Positions 59,138 through 64,000 of a DNA stretch of 64,000 nucleotides are shown in pieces. Each line of letters opens with the position of its first letter. Positions within the stretch are counted from its first letter, which is position 1. The stretch is from Raillietiella orientalis. Lineage: Eukaryota. The DNA is taken from positions 496,001-560,000 of the forward strand of contig JAYWIR010000040.1 in NCBI GenBank assembly GCA_036172245.1, given 5' to 3'. The notes below the pieces were generated by a model that was given only the letters and a program-made list of their open reading frames with translations, did not search any database and was not told the origin of the DNA. The translations under genes were made by a program, and so were the position numbers.

Positions 59138-62100
59138 GGAAGAAGCCTATTTTATTTCCATCCTTTCCTTGCCAGGGTTTCGAGACTTTCACAACCATGC
59201 TGGTTCGGAACCAGGCACTAAATGGGGTCGTCTCACAGCACATTAAAGACCAAAAATCGAAATGAAATGGCAGTAGGAGGGACTTTCTCGTTGGTGAATT
59301 CCCGAAAAGCCAGACAACAACTAATCAATTACAGAATTCCTCTTCCACAAGATTCAACATCTGTGCCAAATAAAAAAAAAAGAATTAGAACAAGGAAGAG
59401 AGAGAGGGAGAGGAAGGGAGGGAGAGGGGGGGGGGGAGAGAGAGAAAGTAAGGATGTCCCGTGTTTTGCAAATCCAAACAACAAAGGTTCTGGAGGCGAA
59501 GAGCCAAAAGGGAACAACAAAAAAAAAAAAAAAAACAAAAAACAAAAACGAATTCCCTTGGAATGCGAAATTTGATAAACCGCTTCAAATGGCTGATTTG
59601 AAAGTCCAGCGCGAAGGATGATGGCGACGGACATTATTTCCCTATGGATAATGCTCTTCGTAAATTTATCGGACGTCAGGTGGGATTTTTGTTTTCGGAG
59701 AAGAACCTGAATTACGACGGACGTATTTTGAGCGCGGACGGACTCGCCGGACGGCGCAAACAACGTTTTGCAACGGAGGAGCATTCCTTGAATAAACACA
59801 GGCTCGAAATTTTTCGACAGGGATGATTTCCACTGCACACATCTCCATCCTCCCAATTATCGTGATGAGGTTTCAACAGAGACGCATGCTTCTTTCTTTC
59901 TTTCTTTCTTTCTTCCACCCTCCCCCCCGCCCTTTCCAGAAGAATGAGATCTGGAAGTTTCCCGAGAATAATTGCCCAGTTCGAAAGGCTTATTACAGGC
60001 TGGTCCACGGAGAGGTTTCCGAGAGCCCACAGCGCTCCATGCACTTTTCCTGACGCATTTGGAAGAAGTGCTCAACGCGACAGCACTCGCTTTCTTTCGG
60101 AGCAGTACCGAAGTGAGAGAACTCGCGGATTCCCATCGAATTCTTTCGCAAGAATTCTTATCCTCACCATCTTATTTCACCCGCCAGCGGGCCAATGATC
60201 CTCTGAGCCGCCGTGGCGCATCGGAATGGCAGGCGGAACCACGTGAGCGCGGTGACCCGCCGTGCAGCGGATGGTCATGCTGATTCCTCGAGCGCTTCGA
60301 AGGAATTTATCGATGGAGCTCTTGCAAGCGACATCGGAAAACTTTTGCGAAAACTCAGTCCCGGCAGAAGCAAAGCGGATATGATGGGAACGGAAGGAGT
60401 AAGAAAGGTAATTTGAGAGATGATCGATTCATTTATTGTTCCTCCTTTCCTGGAATGTGATTCCCATGGAAACCAGCATTCTCCCCATATGTGATGGGAG
60501 TCGACGTTGGTGGCGGGAACTTATCGGACATATTTAGCGAAGTGAGTGAAGGCTCACAGGGAAATCTTTGCTTGTGGAATGGATTGCTGCTCGCTGCGTC
60601 CGTTGCAGTTAGCATTCCGAGAATCGAGCGGTGCAAACAGCAGGCGGTTTGATTTCTTTTCGACTCTACCGTTGCTTTCGCCTGCTGGCAAAGAGTTCTT
60701 AGAGATCCATTTTGCAATTCTGAACGGAGATGCTGCTGGTTCTCCAGGAATGAATCAGGATCCAATGCTGACGACCCGAGTTGCGTTAATCAGCTGGGAG
60801 GCCGTCGTAAACCGCAAGCTTGCATCCGGAGAGATGCTGACATAGCACTGCAAAACCAAACCAATCGGAAGCTCCTCTTGATATGTGCTTTCCGAGTGTC
60901 TCCAAGTTCGGTCAGAAAGAGGAGACGTCATGATTTCCATATGTTCAATTTCTTGCTCAAAATGTCTTCAAGATGCTTCATTTCCAGAACCTCCGATGCT
61001 CGGTCCAAGCATTTCACAAAGGACGATGGTCATGCTTGAGTTCGGCATCATTGGTAAGGCACTGAGTGCTATGAGAAGCAACAGCGATTAGCTCCCTGCG
61101 TGCAGTCGCTCCCAATCTTAACAGAAGAAACATAAGAAAAGGAGGCGTGGCTCAATGACAGGTGAACGAGTCTCTGTATCATTCGAACTCTCAACTGCCA
61201 AGATGGCTCAGTCCACTACCGTTTTCTGCCTTTCATTGGGGTTTGCCCAACACGAGACCTAGGAAAGCGGGCAGCTCTGTCATTGGATTCCTGATTCGAC
61301 CTCATCACGTAGACATAGATGTCCCACTCCATGAGGGAGAAGGCAAAGTGGAAGCTCCAAAAGCTCCCTCCAAAGGATCCGATTCCATTGAAAACAGTCA
61401 AGCATCTCCGAAGACAGAAGAAGAAACCGCCATCTTGTTCATTAGACTGTCTTCAGGCAAAACCATGAGATGACTTCCGTGGCATTTGCAAATGAGGAAG
61501 CCGTCGATGTGTAGGGGCTTCTCGTGCAGACCTTCCTACACGCAAACGGTCTTAAAGTGACCTCATACGTCCCGGCGAAAATCGTGATGCCACTTTCTTT
61601 ACCTCGTGGTGCGCTTCTCCTTCCCAGAAATGTGGAAACTTGCATGAACCTGCAGGAGCATCATTATTGACAAAGAGGAAAGCCGTCCATCACTTTTCTC
61701 GAAGACAAACAAAGTTCCAGTCATCGGAAAAGTGCAAACACAAATAACAGCAGTGTTCATATGTTGAAAAATAACAAAAAAAAAAAAAAAATGACGAGAA
61801 AGAACACGAAAAAAAAAAAAAAAAAAGACAGCGGCGTTCGTTGGAACCTTTGCTATTGTCATAGGTTACGTAGAGCCTTAACTTGAAGCATTTCATCCGG
61901 GGGTTTCTTCCTTTCAATGGCTAAGCAAAACACGCCGAAGCGCATTCTACCGACGCTTCTTGGTGCTGTGTGAGCAGCTTTTCCCATGATGCACAATAAT
62001 CAGCCCATCCTCCTTATTCCAAGATCATCAAATTTCTATTCCCGAACCTTTCTGTCGCTCGGAGCTATTTTGCTTCGCCCGAGTGGCCAAGGCCCCTACT

Positions 62101-64000
62101 GGGGTCTGGTTTGGAAGAGTCCGCGTAGAACAACCATCCCCCATCAGAACGAGATGAAACTCCAACGTCTCCTACTTCAGCGATACCCTTAATTCTGGAA
62201 ATGGCGCCCCTGATTCACACGCGGAAACTTGAGAAAAGACTCGTTAGAAAGCGGGGCGTACTTTCTGCTCCGCTGCAGCCAGCATGGAAAATATTGCAAA
62301 CTATGGAACCACCTCTTGCCACTGTCCCACTTGATTAATGCATAGCCGTTTTGGCATTAACCACGCTGCGAGATTCAGTTCTTTCTACTCCTTCCTTGAA
62401 TTCTGCTGTCGGGAACAACAGCCTTTGCTTTCTATCCTCTCCCGACACGTCTGGAAGAGCTAGCCCGACTTCAGGTCTGGGATTCTCTCAGACCCTGGTC
62501 AGCGGTGCGGATCGAATCAAAGAAAACGAATCTGAAACCCTAAGCTCCGGTGTCACGATCGAGTAGCTTTGGTTCATCAAGGAGAACCTTTCCTGCAGCT
62601 GGAATCTGCGTTCTGCTGCGCTCACCCGCTTGGCGGTTCTCGAAACAACGAGTCGTGTGACCGGAAGGCATCCCACTGCTGACCTGGGAAGGAGGAGGAT
62701 TCGGGCTCGTAAGGGTGCAGGCGAGCAGAGTAGACCGCCTGCAGGGATGACGCGGTTCTCCGGTGGACTGGAGCAGCACTTGACAGCATTCTTCCTCTTT
62801 CACATTATTTTCTGACGACTGAAGGCAGACGTCCTTAGATGTCCTTGGCTATGGGAACCTTTCCTCGTCGACACGCTTTGTCCTTCTATTCGACATTCTG
62901 CTATTTAAAATAAATACATCCGTTTTCTCATGCAACGTCCACCATGCACCAACTCTGCTCATGCTCTTTTTCACCAAACCCCTGGACCATCCGTTTTATC
63001 TCTGACTAATGGTGAATTTAAATTCGAAAGAAAACCTAAAGGTCAAAATGACTTCAAGGCCCGTTCTCAGAGATACCTGTGAATCATGACCCCTGGCTTG
63101 AACCCCGCATTCTGAATAGCACATCTTTGACGCTTGCTGACGTCTACGTGTGTGAGTTCCACTGCTCCGAATGCTATCACGTTTCTTTTAGGCACTGTTA
63201 TCTCTTCGGATCTGCCATCTCAGCCGATGTACGCTTCCGCTCGACTCGTCATGGAAGTCTGGAACGGTAAGGTGGAACGGTATAAATTGCAAAGAAGGTA
63301 AACCTGCTTCGTCGTGTGTTGGAGTCGTCTCTTCCGAAGCTTTCTTGAAGACCAGCCTCCGAGATCCTCGCGTTCTTGAGAAGGACGCCCCTCTCTTCGC
63401 GGCCCCCGGTGACACCCCCGGGAAGATGGAAGCTGATCCCCCTGACTCCTGTGATGACGGAAGTTTCTTTTTTTTTTTTTGCAGCAGCGGGAGAATTCGA
63501 AAAAATCGAAATCTGTAAGGAAAAAGCCCGTTTCCAAGTTACGATGCGACAGGCAGATCCTGCATTCCTGCATAGGAAACACAAAGGGCTTCTCATCGTA
63601 GCCCGGGGCCAAACAAACACTCGTTTCAAAAGCATGTTTTCTGTTTCTCTTCCAGTTGCATTCCCAGGCATTTTGCAGGATGGGAAAGGGGGGGGGGGGA
63701 CTGTCTCGGCGGATTTGCGAAGCTGCGAATAACCTGGGGTCTTCAAAGGCGGCTCCAGGTGCATCTCAGACATCTCCGCGGAGAACGGATTCTTCTCCCT
63801 CCGCCTCAATAAAAATTCCAGCTACAGGTAAGCGCGACTTTGGCGAGAGATGCTGGAGCGCTGCACAAGAGCCTGCGTAATAGAGCAGCGGCGGTGGCGG
63901 CAAACCGGTGGTTCAGTCCCTTACTGGCTCACTATTCCCGCGGATGGCAGGATCCTGGACCGCCTTCGAGACGGTCAGGAGCACTCGTGTCAGAGGTTTC

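Overview
Eukaryotic (animal, probably arthropod-like) genomic DNA with spliceosomal introns. Most six-frame ORFs are spurious; real genes appear only after splicing. (1) The last three coding exons of a tandem-C2, synaptotagmin-15-like gene (+, 1901-15694). (2) A complete four-exon gene on the minus strand (59046-50434) for a ~177-aa secreted Gly/Tyr/Gln-rich repeat protein; its exons 2-3 are bracketed by two inverted copies of a tRNA-headed SINE-like element. (3) Four copies of that element in total. (4) The most unusual part, ~35-47 kb: two tandem paralogous small-exon genes of unknown family. Their exons are old (~60% aa identity, most conserved codons differ synonymously). Three non-coding blocks (A 224 bp, B 1403 bp, C 721 bp) are about 99% or more identical between the two copies, begin at or next to 5' splice sites, and are packed with G-U-tolerant hairpins. 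This 'old exons / identical structured introns' pattern is the main candidate for something undescribed. All alignments were done by eye; no database search was possible.
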